The notes below the pieces were generated by a model. The model searched no databases, was not told the DNA's origin, and was given only the letters and a program-made list of their open reading frames with translations. From Caldisericota bacterium (GTDB lineage: Bacteria > Caldisericota > Caldisericia > JAAYUI01), in NCBI GenBank assembly GCA_029548865.1, contig JAKPMO010000026.1, forward strand, positions 1 to 64,000: DNA of 64,000 nt, in the 5' to 3' direction. Each line of letters opens with the position of its first letter. Positions within the stretch are counted from its first letter, which is position 1. A program made the position numbers and the translations under genes. Shown here one piece after another: positions 19,214 to 28,168 of the stretch.

Positions 19214-19456
19214 TTTTGTCACCTCGCCAACAAAATATAACTTACCATAGCAAAAAAACTTCAAGTTTACAATGATTATTGACTATAATCGAATATTTTC
19301 ATTGATTTGACGCCTGTTCTTTATCATGGCTGTTTAGTTTCACCGGTTCCCTTTCTTTTATGCTAGAGTTTCAAAAGATAGGAGTTTGAATGAGGGCTTT
19401 TATGTTACTGAAAACATAAAAGTTGACTTTGGTTTGTTTGGTTTTATAAAAAGGAC

Positions 19457-19936
19457 ATGAAAAAAACTTTGTTGGTCCTGGTTTTCCTTGTTTCAATCAT
19501 ATTTGTGGTTTCTTGTGGGCAGGCAACACCCGATCAAACGCAAACTAACCAGGAGACCCAAAAAAACCAGTATGCAAAAACCAAACCTGTTGCACTCCTC
19601 TCGATTGAGGCCTCCGACGAGGAGCGTGGTCTTTTCAACATGCAGGTCCAGAACATGTCAGACAAGATGATAGCCTCGTTCTCATGGACGGTTGTTTTGT
19701 ATGATGCTTTGGGAAAGGTCCTTGGCACCCAGGACAGCTTTTTTGAAGACTCGCAATATGGGCTCAGTCCATCCCAGGCGGTCCAGGGTTCCTTTGTTTC
19801 GAACTACAAAGATGCTGTAAAAGCAAAAGTTGTTTTCAAGGATGCTGTTTTGTTTGTTGATTTCAAAGTGGGCACCACAAAAAACTGGGTGAATGAAGAC
19901 TATAACAAAGAACTTCAGGAATTGCTAAAAGGATAA
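19457..19936 (+). CDS. Hypothetical lipoprotein
   Basis: MKK signal, VVSC lipobox, LYDA.GKVLG beta-sandwich-like segment. Confidence 0.7.
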   Translation: MKKTLLVLVFLVSIIFVVSCGQATPDQTQTNQETQKNQYAKTKPVALLSIEASDEERGLFNMQVQNMSDKMIASFSWTVVLYDALGKVLGTQDSFFEDSQYGLSPSQAVQGSFVSNYKDAVKAKVVFKDAVLFVDFKVGTTKNWVNEDYNKELQELLKG

Positions 19937-19938
19937 AA

Positions 19939-22839
19939 CTAAACAACCTCAAAGTGTGATCCGTCGTCATCACGCGTCACGAGTATTTTCCTCTCAAAGC
20001 TGTTTCTCATCTCTTCAACATGTGAAACTACAAGTATTTTCTCAAAATCTGAAGACATCTCGTTTATCGCCTCGACCAGCCTCTTTATACCCTCACTGTC
20101 CTGCGTTCCAAACCCCTCATCCACAACGAGCGTCTGGAGCTTTGCACCGGCCCTCTGTGCAAGAAGCTTTGAAAGTGCCAGCCTGATTGCAAAATCTGCC
20201 CTGAACCTTTCCCCTCCGGAAAAGAGCTCGTATGGTCTTGCTGTCTGGCCGTCTGTGAGGATCACGTCAAGCGTCGAGAGTGATTTATCCTTAGATTCCC
20301 TTTCCAGCTTTATCTCCATTCTTAGTGATTCTGATCCCGTGTGCCCCTGTGAAATTCTCTGGAGCACAGAGTTTGCGATCTCTTCAAGCTGTGGAGCAAC
20401 ACCCTGGAGCACCCTTGAGGGGATGCCATCAATTCCAAACATTTCCTTTATCCGTTCAAAAATTCTCTGGTCTTTTTCAAGAGTCACCAGTTTTTCCTGG
20501 ATTTGTGAGGATTCTTCAAGTGCCTTTTTTGCATCCCCCAGACTTTTGGCAAGTACGTCTCTGCTGGAGAATGCCTGATCTCTCTGTTTCTGGAGCAGTT
20601 TTTCCTTCTGCTCCTCGGCACCTGTTTTCTGACTGGCCTCCTGGTATTCCCTTTCTGTGTCCCCAAGCTCAAGCAGCAGTTTCTGGGATTCTACAATGTC
20701 GCCATTTATTGAAGAGAATCTTTTCTTTGCGGTCTCGGATTGCTCGGTAGCACCCGCAAGACTGGCTTTTGCCACTTCAAGTTCCGTTTTTTGCTGGGCG
20801 AAAGACTCTAGCTCCGAAACTGCCTTTTTTACCTGTGAGAGCTCCATCTGGTCAAATCCTTCGGCTTCAATTTCTTTTTTGGTTTTTTCAATCAGTTCAA
20901 GTTCTTCTGTTGCAAAGGATTTTGAGATGAATTCTTTCTGTAGCGAAGCCTCATGCTCTTTCAGGTTCTCAATTTTTGAGGCCTTCTCTGCCGTAAGTGT
21001 CAGCTGTTTTGAGGCTTGCTCATATTGGGCCAAAGTCTGGTTTTCTTGTTGAAGGACCAATCCATTTGTTTCTTCAAACAGCAAAAACCCTTTCCTGGCC
21101 TCTTCAAACGATTTACGCTTTTCTTCAAGTTCTTGCGAGATCTGCCCTGATTCTGACGAGATTGATATCGCCTGTTCAAGGAGAGGTATTTTTCCAACCG
21201 ATTGTTTTGCCAGGTCAAGATTTTTCTCTGCATTTGCCAGTGACTGTTTCATTGGGCCGATTTTTTCGTTTATACCCTGAAGGCTGGTTTTGCATTTGTC
21301 GATCTTTTCTCTCTTCTCTTCAACAAGTTTTGCCGATCCGCCAGAAGGCAGTTCCTGACCGCACAATGGGCATTTTCCTGTCTCACCCTCGCCAAGGACC
21401 TGGATTTCCTTTTCGAGATGATCGATCTCTGCAATTGCCGTTGCTTTCTCGCTCTCGGTATCTGAAACGGATTTTTTTATTGAGGCAATTTCTTCTTCAA
21501 GTGTTGGGATGCCAGCTTGCAGTTCACGTACTTTGCCAAGCGTGTTATCAATTCCTGAGGCGCTTTCCACCCCTGTCAGTTTTAGGGCTTTTTCCAGCCT
21601 CCCTTGTTGCTCTGCAAATTTTTTCTCGGCACCGGCAAGAGTATTTTTTGCTTGCTGGAAGGAGAGGTCCCAGGAGTGTTTTTCTTCTCTTATTTTGGCG
21701 ACTTTTGCCTTTTCTTCCGTGAGTCTGTCAACTTCTTTCTGCAGACCCTCGAGCATTGTTTGTGCCTTCAATGACTCGTCGATCTGGGTCGAGAGTTGAA
21801 CAAGTCTTATTTCAAGTTCTTTTGCCTTGATATCAATTTTTGTTTGTGCCTGTGTTTTTGCCCTTTCGAGGGTCGATACCCTTGCTTCTTTTTCTGTCAG
21901 CCTCTCGAGTTCTCGCCTTTTTTGGCCGAGTTTTTCGAAGCCAAGATTTACCTGTGTTTCGTTTTCCAGCAATTTTTTGTACTGGGAAATTCTTTTGTCC
22001 AGCTCGGCAATCGAGCTTGCTATTTCCCCCAGTTCCTTTTCGAGCTTTGTTGTCTTGGTTTTTGTTTCTTCAAGCGTTTTTCGTTTTGCTTCTGCCACGC
22101 TGAGATTTTTTCTCAGCAATTCAAGGTTTTTCCTACACTCTTCCCATTGCCTCTCTGCGCTGTTCAGATCGTATTCTGCCTGTGCAAGATCAGATTCGAT
22201 CTGGGGTATTCTTTCTGATGTTTTTGATTTGTCTTCAAGCAGGGCTTTTTGGGCTGATGTTTCTTCCTTTAGCGATTTTAATCTCGAATCGGCAATTTCC
22301 TTGCATGCGCCGTATTTGTCCAGCTGGAGTATCTGGGCAAGTATCTCCCTTCTTTCTTTGGGTTTTGCCTCCATGAAGCGCGCGCTGTCGCCCTGGGTGA
22401 TGAATGAAGAAGAAGCAAAGACTTCGTATGTAAACCCAAGCTCCGTTTCAATTGCCTGGTCGGTTTCTGGTGTACTCTTTCCGCGAAGATCGTTTTCGCC
22501 ATCACGGGTGATTTGCCTGAACTGGAGCCTTATTGCCCCTCCCCTGTCCATTGCCCTGTCGACAAGATAGGTGTTCTGTCCAATCCTGAATGTGAGCGAG
22601 ACTTCGCAAGTGTTTGCATCATCATTTATGACGGTTTCCCTGTCAGATTTGGTTTTTGACCTGATCAGGGTTGGCTTTCTGGCCTGCCCGAATAGTGCCC
22701 AGGTGATGGCATCAAGGATCGCAGATTTGCCGGCGCCGTTCATCCCTGTTATTGATGCCACATGGAATGATGAAAAATCCAGCTGGTGGAAGCCCCTGTA
22801 GGAGAGGAAATCTGTTATCTCTAGCGATATCGGGACCAG
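19939..22839 (-). CDS. sbcC: SbcC/Rad50 SMC-family ATPase
   Basis: G.NGAGKS Walker A, Q-loop ITQG, CPLC zinc hook, FSGGE signature, VDEG Walker B. Start probably CTG at 22839. Confidence 0.9.
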   Translation of the reverse strand: MVPISLEITDFLSYRGFHQLDFSSFHVASITGMNGAGKSAILDAITWALFGQARKPTLIRSKTKSDRETVINDDANTCEVSLTFRIGQNTYLVDRAMDRGGAIRLQFRQITRDGENDLRGKSTPETDQAIETELGFTYEVFASSSFITQGDSARFMEAKPKERREILAQILQLDKYGACKEIADSRLKSLKEETSAQKALLEDKSKTSERIPQIESDLAQAEYDLNSAERQWEECRKNLELLRKNLSVAEAKRKTLEETKTKTTKLEKELGEIASSIAELDKRISQYKKLLENETQVNLGFEKLGQKRRELERLTEKEARVSTLERAKTQAQTKIDIKAKELEIRLVQLSTQIDESLKAQTMLEGLQKEVDRLTEEKAKVAKIREEKHSWDLSFQQAKNTLAGAEKKFAEQQGRLEKALKLTGVESASGIDNTLGKVRELQAGIPTLEEEIASIKKSVSDTESEKATAIAEIDHLEKEIQVLGEGETGKCPLCGQELPSGGSAKLVEEKREKIDKCKTSLQGINEKIGPMKQSLANAEKNLDLAKQSVGKIPLLEQAISISSESGQISQELEEKRKSFEEARKGFLLFEETNGLVLQQENQTLAQYEQASKQLTLTAEKASKIENLKEHEASLQKEFISKSFATEELELIEKTKKEIEAEGFDQMELSQVKKAVSELESFAQQKTELEVAKASLAGATEQSETAKKRFSSINGDIVESQKLLLELGDTEREYQEASQKTGAEEQKEKLLQKQRDQAFSSRDVLAKSLGDAKKALEESSQIQEKLVTLEKDQRIFERIKEMFGIDGIPSRVLQGVAPQLEEIANSVLQRISQGHTGSESLRMEIKLERESKDKSLSTLDVILTDGQTARPYELFSGGERFRADFAIRLALSKLLAQRAGAKLQTLVVDEGFGTQDSEGIKRLVEAINEMSSDFEKILVVSHVEEMRNSFERKILVTRDDDGSHFEVV

Positions 22840-22840
22840 A

Positions 22841-24343
22841 TTACACCACCCTTGCTTCCTGCATGATCCGTTCTGCCTCTTCCTGTATCCTTGCCCTGTT
22901 GGTCTTCGCAAAGTCATCCTGGAGGGAATCCAGGTACGATTTTACGGCCTCTACAGGCGATTCAGTCTGGGCGATGACTGCTTTTTGCGATTCTCTGGCA
23001 GACGGTTTGTAATATGGTGCTATTATCTTGTCGAACATTGGTAAGGTATCGAGCCAGGATTTGATGGCTGGCCATATTGACCTTGCCTCTTCCGGCAGTC
23101 TGAGCCTGAAGATGGGAAGCGGCCCCTTCATTGTTTTTTCGATTTGCTCCTGGCCGCAACCTGTTGCCGCATACTCATAAGGCTGGCGCCAGAATTCTGA
23201 TTTGAGGAATTTTGCCTCTAGCTCTTCCTTCCAGTCCAGCGCATTGTCAACAGTCAATTGCCTGAGTGACCTTGAGTGTTCGACCTTGCGGCATTTTCCG
23301 GATGACCCTTCTGGCGTGAGGTCAAGCTCCATGAACATTCTTGTCCTGGCACCATCGGGAAAGTCTCTCCTGCTTGGGGCTCCACTATATGCCACCTGTA
23401 TTTTTCTTACAGGCTTGCCGTCCCTGAACAGCGAATCAGGATCAGGTGCCACTGTCTCGTTTGACGAGAGCTCCCAGTCCCTGCAAGGGTTTGTTCCGCA
23501 CAAAATTGATGTCTCACCATCCATGTCCTCGTCAAGCGATGGTGCGACAAGGTTTGGGCTGGGCATCTGCGGGCTGTGGTAATGGCCGAGTGCGACATAG
23601 CCAAATTTTGCCTGTGAGTCCGAGAGCTTTGACATCAGGTCGTATGTGGAGATTATCACGTCATCTGCCAGGCAGCCCTTTACGCCCGGCCTGAGCTCCG
23701 CCTCTTTTATGCCGAAGTGGCCAACAAACATTGTCGGGAATCCAGGGAGAGCCTTTCTGGCCAGCTCCTGGATGCGATCCAGGAATATTGTTGCGGCGAG
23801 TTTTTTGACCTCTTCCCTGCCCCTATTTTTCATTTGCTCGGAAGTGAGTATTTCGGACCTTCTCGGATAGGGCATGGCGAGGATCTGCAAGTTGCCTGAC
23901 TTTGTGGGTATGGTTGAAATCCCGCCCATTGTTTCGGTGTCCCCTGGTTTTGAGGGCTGGCAACCCAGCACATGGCAGGCGATTTCGGTGCCGTCTTTTT
24001 GCGGGTGCAATGCCCTGAAAACTTCGAGTGCAGAAGGCACCCTCGAAGATGATGAGGTTTCGTGGTTGCCAGGGGTCAGGATGACTGTAATTGATGAATC
24101 GACGAGGTTTCGTATTCTTTTGGCAAATTCGGATATTACATAATTGGTTGGCCGTTCATTGTCAAAAATGTCTCCTGCCACAAGAAAGGCGTCACAATCA
24201 AGTGATTTTGCCTGCAGGACGAGCCAGTCAAGTGTTTCGAGGTAATCCTTGATCCGGCTGTTGATTCCATCCTGGTTTGTAACGCCGTATGTCTCGACCC
24301 CGAGGTGGAGGTCGGCAGTGTGCAAAACCTTAATCCTGCTCAT
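22841..24343 (-). CDS. sbcD: SbcD/Mre11 nuclease with insertions
   Basis: HTADLHLG, AGDIFD, PGNHE, GH, ALGHYH phosphoesterase motifs; directly upstream of sbcC. Confidence 0.9.
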   Translation of the reverse strand: MSRIKVLHTADLHLGVETYGVTNQDGINSRIKDYLETLDWLVLQAKSLDCDAFLVAGDIFDNERPTNYVISEFAKRIRNLVDSSITVILTPGNHETSSSSRVPSALEVFRALHPQKDGTEIACHVLGCQPSKPGDTETMGGISTIPTKSGNLQILAMPYPRRSEILTSEQMKNRGREEVKKLAATIFLDRIQELARKALPGFPTMFVGHFGIKEAELRPGVKGCLADDVIISTYDLMSKLSDSQAKFGYVALGHYHSPQMPSPNLVAPSLDEDMDGETSILCGTNPCRDWELSSNETVAPDPDSLFRDGKPVRKIQVAYSGAPSRRDFPDGARTRMFMELDLTPEGSSGKCRKVEHSRSLRQLTVDNALDWKEELEAKFLKSEFWRQPYEYAATGCGQEQIEKTMKGPLPIFRLRLPEEARSIWPAIKSWLDTLPMFDKIIAPYYKPSARESQKAVIAQTESPVEAVKSYLDSLQDDFAKTNRARIQEEAERIMQEARVV

Positions 24344-25028
24344 CTTCTGCTTGCTGGTTGGGAAAACCTATGACGACCGTGTACTCGCCTTTTGGTTGTA
24401 TATTTTTTTGCCTTTCAAGTGCTTCTTTTGGCGTGCCCCTGAAATACTCCTCATGGATTTTTGTCATTTCCCTGCATATCAGGAGCTGACAATCAGGAAT
24501 GTTCTGGCAAATCGATTCTAGCAGGGCGAGCATCCTGAAAGGGGACTCAAAAACAACCGTTGTCCTGTCCTCCTGGGCTATTTGCTGGAGCGCCTTGCCA
24601 AGGGCGCCTGGTTTTCTGGGGAGGAAGTTTCTAAACGTGAACGTCTGGGCAAAAAAGCCGGAAACAGAAAGCGCTGTTGTGATGGCAGACGGCCCAGGGA
24701 TAGGAACCACTTTTATCCCGTGGTTGATTGCCATATCAACAAGAATCTGGCCTGGATCGGCAAGGGTCGGCACTCCGGCATCTGAGACGATGGCTATATT
24801 TTGCCCCATCATGAGGATCTGTAATGCCTTGTTTGAGGAAATGGATTCATTGTGAATGTGCAATGGGAAGAGTTGTGCCTTTATGCCAAAATGGGTCAGG
24901 AGCTTCAGTGTTCTTCTTGTGTCCTCGGCCATGATGACCGGGCACTGCGAGAGTGTTTGTATGAGCCTTGGCGAAGCGTCATCGAGATTACCGATTGGCG
25001 TTGCGCAAACAAATATTGTTCCGGTCAT
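24330..25028 (-). CDS. rsmI: 16S rRNA (cytidine1402-2'-O)-methyltransferase
   Basis: ATPIGNL.D, AEDTR, VSDAG.P..ADPG, PGPSA, FESP.R, REMTK.HEE, KGE. Confidence 0.95.
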   Translation of the reverse strand: MTGTIFVCATPIGNLDDASPRLIQTLSQCPVIMAEDTRRTLKLLTHFGIKAQLFPLHIHNESISSNKALQILMMGQNIAIVSDAGVPTLADPGQILVDMAINHGIKVVPIPGPSAITTALSVSGFFAQTFTFRNFLPRKPGALGKALQQIAQEDRTTVVFESPFRMLALLESICQNIPDCQLLICREMTKIHEEYFRGTPKEALERQKNIQPKGEYTVVIGFPNQQAEDEQD

Positions 25029-25357
25029 TGCTCGTAGTTGTCCACCAGCGTCCGGAGTTTTAGTCTTGCTATTCCCATCGATGGCGTGCCCTCGAGCAGG
25101 AGCATGAAGTATTTGTCTTTTCCCTTCATGACAAGGACAGATCCTCCCTCGCCATCGAAGGAAATCTCGGCGATGTTGCTTGTGAAGGGCATCGTGGTCC
25201 TGTCGGCAATGGAGTACACCGATGCAAGATAGCCGGAGAGCACTCCTTGCGAGAAACCGGTCCCTTTTGTCTGACGGAGGAGCACTTTGCCCTGTTCGTC
25301 GAGAATCAGGAAGTCTTTAAAACCCTTCAATTCCTCGAGTTCACTGGTCAGACTCAA
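25025..25357 (-). CDS. Roadblock/LC7 (MglB-like) protein
   Basis: 110 aa; LILDEQG.VL N-terminus and MGIARLKLR C-terminal helix. Confidence 0.6.
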   Translation of the reverse strand: MSLTSELEELKGFKDFLILDEQGKVLLRQTKGTGFSQGVLSGYLASVYSIADRTTMPFTSNIAEISFDGEGGSVLVMKGKDKYFMLLLEGTPSMGIARLKLRTLVDNYEQ

Positions 25358-26792
25358 TGCCGGCCTCTTTTCTTAGGAGTTTTGAGAACATGAGGAAGGC
25401 CTCTTCTGCTTCCCCGTCGCGAAGCATTGACCAGGCCCTTGACTCGCTTAGTTCTGGTTCAAGGTCCGAAGTTGGAAGAACAATCCTTTTGGGCCCACCC
25501 TCTATTATTACCGGTTCAGATGGAACATCCTCGTCAGTGCGCACTTCCATCTCAACGATGGTGGCCTCAAAGATTTCATTTTCTTCGCCTGATTGGATAT
25601 TCTCTAGCTGCTCTTCTTCAGTTGAACTTTGGTTGGTTCCAACTTCTCCTTGTGGTTCTTCCTGGACATGTTTTGTCTGGTCAAGCATTTTTCTTGCTTC
25701 TTCCAGGATTTTTCTGGTTCGTTCGAGCTGTTTTTCCTGGTACTCCTGGGAAGGCGGCTCTTCCTCGCCAAATAGTGTTTTTTGTATTTCTTCTTTGTCG
25801 TTAGTTTTTTCTGGTTGTGGTGACTCTGGATTTATTGGTTCAACCTCTTCAGGTTTTTCCTCTGCTTCTGTTGGGTCTAAGGAATTTTTGGGTTCTTCGG
25901 AAGGCTGGAGCGAGATTGCCTGCAATTGTGGCTCTTCGTGTTTCTCAACACCGATGCAGGTGTTTTTTATTACATCAATGCACCATTGCCTGAGGACCAT
26001 TAGGTCTTCAATATCCTCGGGTTGCGCAAATGATGATTGCACAAGAGACAAGATTCCGTCTGGATCAGGGTGTGCTGGCTCACAATCGGCCACCGTCTGC
26101 AAAAATTCCAGTGTCTGTGAGTCTTCGCCTTCAGATTTGCTTGTTCTTGCCAGTTTATACAGGAGGCCGGGATAATACGGGTGAACATCCAGCATTTTTT
26201 CCAGGAGATTTTTGGCTGTTTTTCTTTCGCCCCTTGAGAACAGGAGGTCGGAGAGCATTAGCTTGAGCCTTGCGCTTTGGTCTGACTGGCCGATGTCTTT
26301 GACCAGGTCAAAAGCTGTTTTTGATTTGTTGGTGGACAGGTTTTCCGTGAACGATTTTACCACAGAGGAGACTTTGAGGGTTGAGTTTTCTTCAATTCCA
26401 AAGCACCTTTTCAGGAGACTTGAGCCAGCCTCTGCCATTTCCGAGTTTTCGGCCATTTCCAGGATGATATCAAGCGCATCTTCGTGTCTTCCCAGTATGC
26501 AGAGTGCCAGCCCCTTACCCCAGAGGCCCACCCTTGAAGACGGGTTTGTGCGCAGGACATTTTTAAATTCCCTTAGCGCAATGACTGGTTCGCTGGCAAG
26601 GAGTCTATTTACGGCGATGGTCTCCTGGGCCGGTATAAAATTGGGGTTTAATAAAAGGCACTCGAGGAGTAATCTGTATGATGTGTCTAAGTCGCTTTCT
26701 GAAGCGCAGACCCCAGCAACCGCAGCCTTGAAACCAAGGCGATACGGCATCCTGGCAGTCAGGCCAACAGACGTTTGGAGGTCTGATTTCAT
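25341..26792 (-). CDS. Tetratricopeptide-repeat protein with acidic low-complexity C-half
   Basis: Helix-pair repeats ending in NP/HP/EP; E/P/Q-rich linker. Confidence 0.7.
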   Translation of the reverse strand: MKSDLQTSVGLTARMPYRLGFKAAVAGVCASESDLDTSYRLLLECLLLNPNFIPAQETIAVNRLLASEPVIALREFKNVLRTNPSSRVGLWGKGLALCILGRHEDALDIILEMAENSEMAEAGSSLLKRCFGIEENSTLKVSSVVKSFTENLSTNKSKTAFDLVKDIGQSDQSARLKLMLSDLLFSRGERKTAKNLLEKMLDVHPYYPGLLYKLARTSKSEGEDSQTLEFLQTVADCEPAHPDPDGILSLVQSSFAQPEDIEDLMVLRQWCIDVIKNTCIGVEKHEEPQLQAISLQPSEEPKNSLDPTEAEEKPEEVEPINPESPQPEKTNDKEEIQKTLFGEEEPPSQEYQEKQLERTRKILEEARKMLDQTKHVQEEPQGEVGTNQSSTEEEQLENIQSGEENEIFEATIVEMEVRTDEDVPSEPVIIEGGPKRIVLPTSDLEPELSESRAWSMLRDGEAEEAFLMFSKLLRKEAGIESDQ

Positions 26793-26840
26793 TCTAAAAG
26801 TAGATATTAGCTGCGAAACTATTTACTGTCAATGTTTTTG

Positions 26841-27947
26841 CTAACCTATTGCCATCTTTGGTGTGATGGTCTTTTTTACAGACATCCTCTCTGACGCAAA
26901 TTCGATTGATGCTATGAAATCGAAAGGTTTGTCACCCTCAAGCGTTTGTGTTAGCGTTACGACTATTTCAGAGTTTCCAGTTGCGTTTGGGAAACAGGTT
27001 ATTTCAGGATTTTTAATGGAATACGAGAGGCCCTTGACTGTCGAGGAGGCCATCAGCTTGATTTTTGACGGACATTCCCCAAGGTTTTTTACGGTCACTT
27101 TTACTGTGAACCTGGTCCCCTTCAGGTTTGAAATGCTTTGCGGGACATTACAATCCAGCTGGATTTTTGAGGGTTTTATTGTCATCTCGTACGCGTACTC
27201 ATCTATCCCGTCGCTCCATTCAATCTGGACAGAGCCATTGTATGTCCCTGATTTGAGGTCTCCGCTCAAAACAATGCACCCTATAGACTGGGTCCCCCCA
27301 GGTGGGAGTGTGAAACTCTTGATATTCGGATTCAACCATCCACTGCCATTTTTGTAAGAAGTCTTAACGGTAAATTTTGTGTTTTTGCCGGTCTGGTTTT
27401 TGTATGTGACATAATGGGGTTTTCTTGAGAAAGTACAAAGCTCGTCTTTGAAAGAGCCGATTCTTCTGACTGGCACCTTTTTTATTGCGGCGCCGTCAAA
27501 GGTTCCATACCAGTAACCGTCTTTGCTCTTTGAGAACCCAAAACCTGCAGAGTTTATCTTGTTATTGAGCATGTTGGCATTGTGTGGCGGTGATTTTTTC
27601 CAGAGCTCGAACATCTGCTTTGCGTAGGTTGCACTTGAAGTCATGGCAATGTTCTCGACTGAATAGGTCGATTTGAGCCCTGATTTTTCCATCCTCTTTG
27701 CAAATGTATCACCGTTTGTGCTGTTGTGATTTAGTTTCTTGTGCGAGGCCATATCCTTGCTGTGATCGGTGGCCAATTTTGTCAGTACAGTGTTGATTTC
27801 AAGCGGAGAGAGTTTTTTTGTTGCTCTGTACGCATTTATGAGACCAAGAAGTTCTGTCGAGGGGGTTGTTGCAGTATCTCCTGTTGCTGTCCATGCAAAT
27901 GATGTCACCAAAAAGGCAATTGCCAAAATGAGAGAAATTCTTTTCAT
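26841..27947 (-). CDS. Secreted CAP/SCP-domain protein with C-terminal Ig-like domains
   Basis: INAYR...L.PL, HSKDMA, ENIA, W.KSPPH.ANML. Confidence 0.85.
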   Translation of the reverse strand: MKRISLILAIAFLVTSFAWTATGDTATTPSTELLGLINAYRATKKLSPLEINTVLTKLATDHSKDMASHKKLNHNSTNGDTFAKRMEKSGLKSTYSVENIAMTSSATYAKQMFELWKKSPPHNANMLNNKINSAGFGFSKSKDGYWYGTFDGAAIKKVPVRRIGSFKDELCTFSRKPHYVTYKNQTGKNTKFTVKTSYKNGSGWLNPNIKSFTLPPGGTQSIGCIVLSGDLKSGTYNGSVQIEWSDGIDEYAYEMTIKPSKIQLDCNVPQSISNLKGTRFTVKVTVKNLGECPSKIKLMASSTVKGLSYSIKNPEITCFPNATGNSEIVVTLTQTLEGDKPFDFIASIEFASERMSVKKTITPKMAIG

Positions 27948-28168
27948 GTATCTCCTTAAACCGCAAAATGGAGTGTGGTTCCTTTTTGAGATATGGTATA
28001 TGGAATTGTTCTTTGTCGGTTAAAATATCAATTGAATCTGGATTGGAAAGTATTTTATGCCATAGCAAGAATCGTTGTTCCCATTCCATGACATTTTTGG
28101 TGTCAAGCGAGAAGATATCACTGCCCGTTAGTTGCCCCTTCCTGGTGTTTGGAGGTATATATCCACTC

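Larger units (their letters stand above)
11804..19424. mobile_element. Horizontally acquired type I R-M island, no integrase seen
   Basis: Self-contained minus-strand operon inserted among plus-strand genes; flanked by AAAACCTAAAAGTT (11804) and AAAACATAAAAGTT (19411). Confidence 0.55.

Noticed and set aside
19397..19422. dif (XerCD) site
   Set aside because: TTATGTT lies on the wrong side of the spacer relative to dif; kept only as a generic inverted repeat.
23390..23580. Intein in sbcD
   Set aside because: Too short and lacks a C/S start and HN-C/S/T end.
27968..28168. 67-aa N-terminal extension of UvrB in the ORF track
   Set aside because: Homology begins at the GTG at 28169; the upstream part is intergenic and promoter-like.
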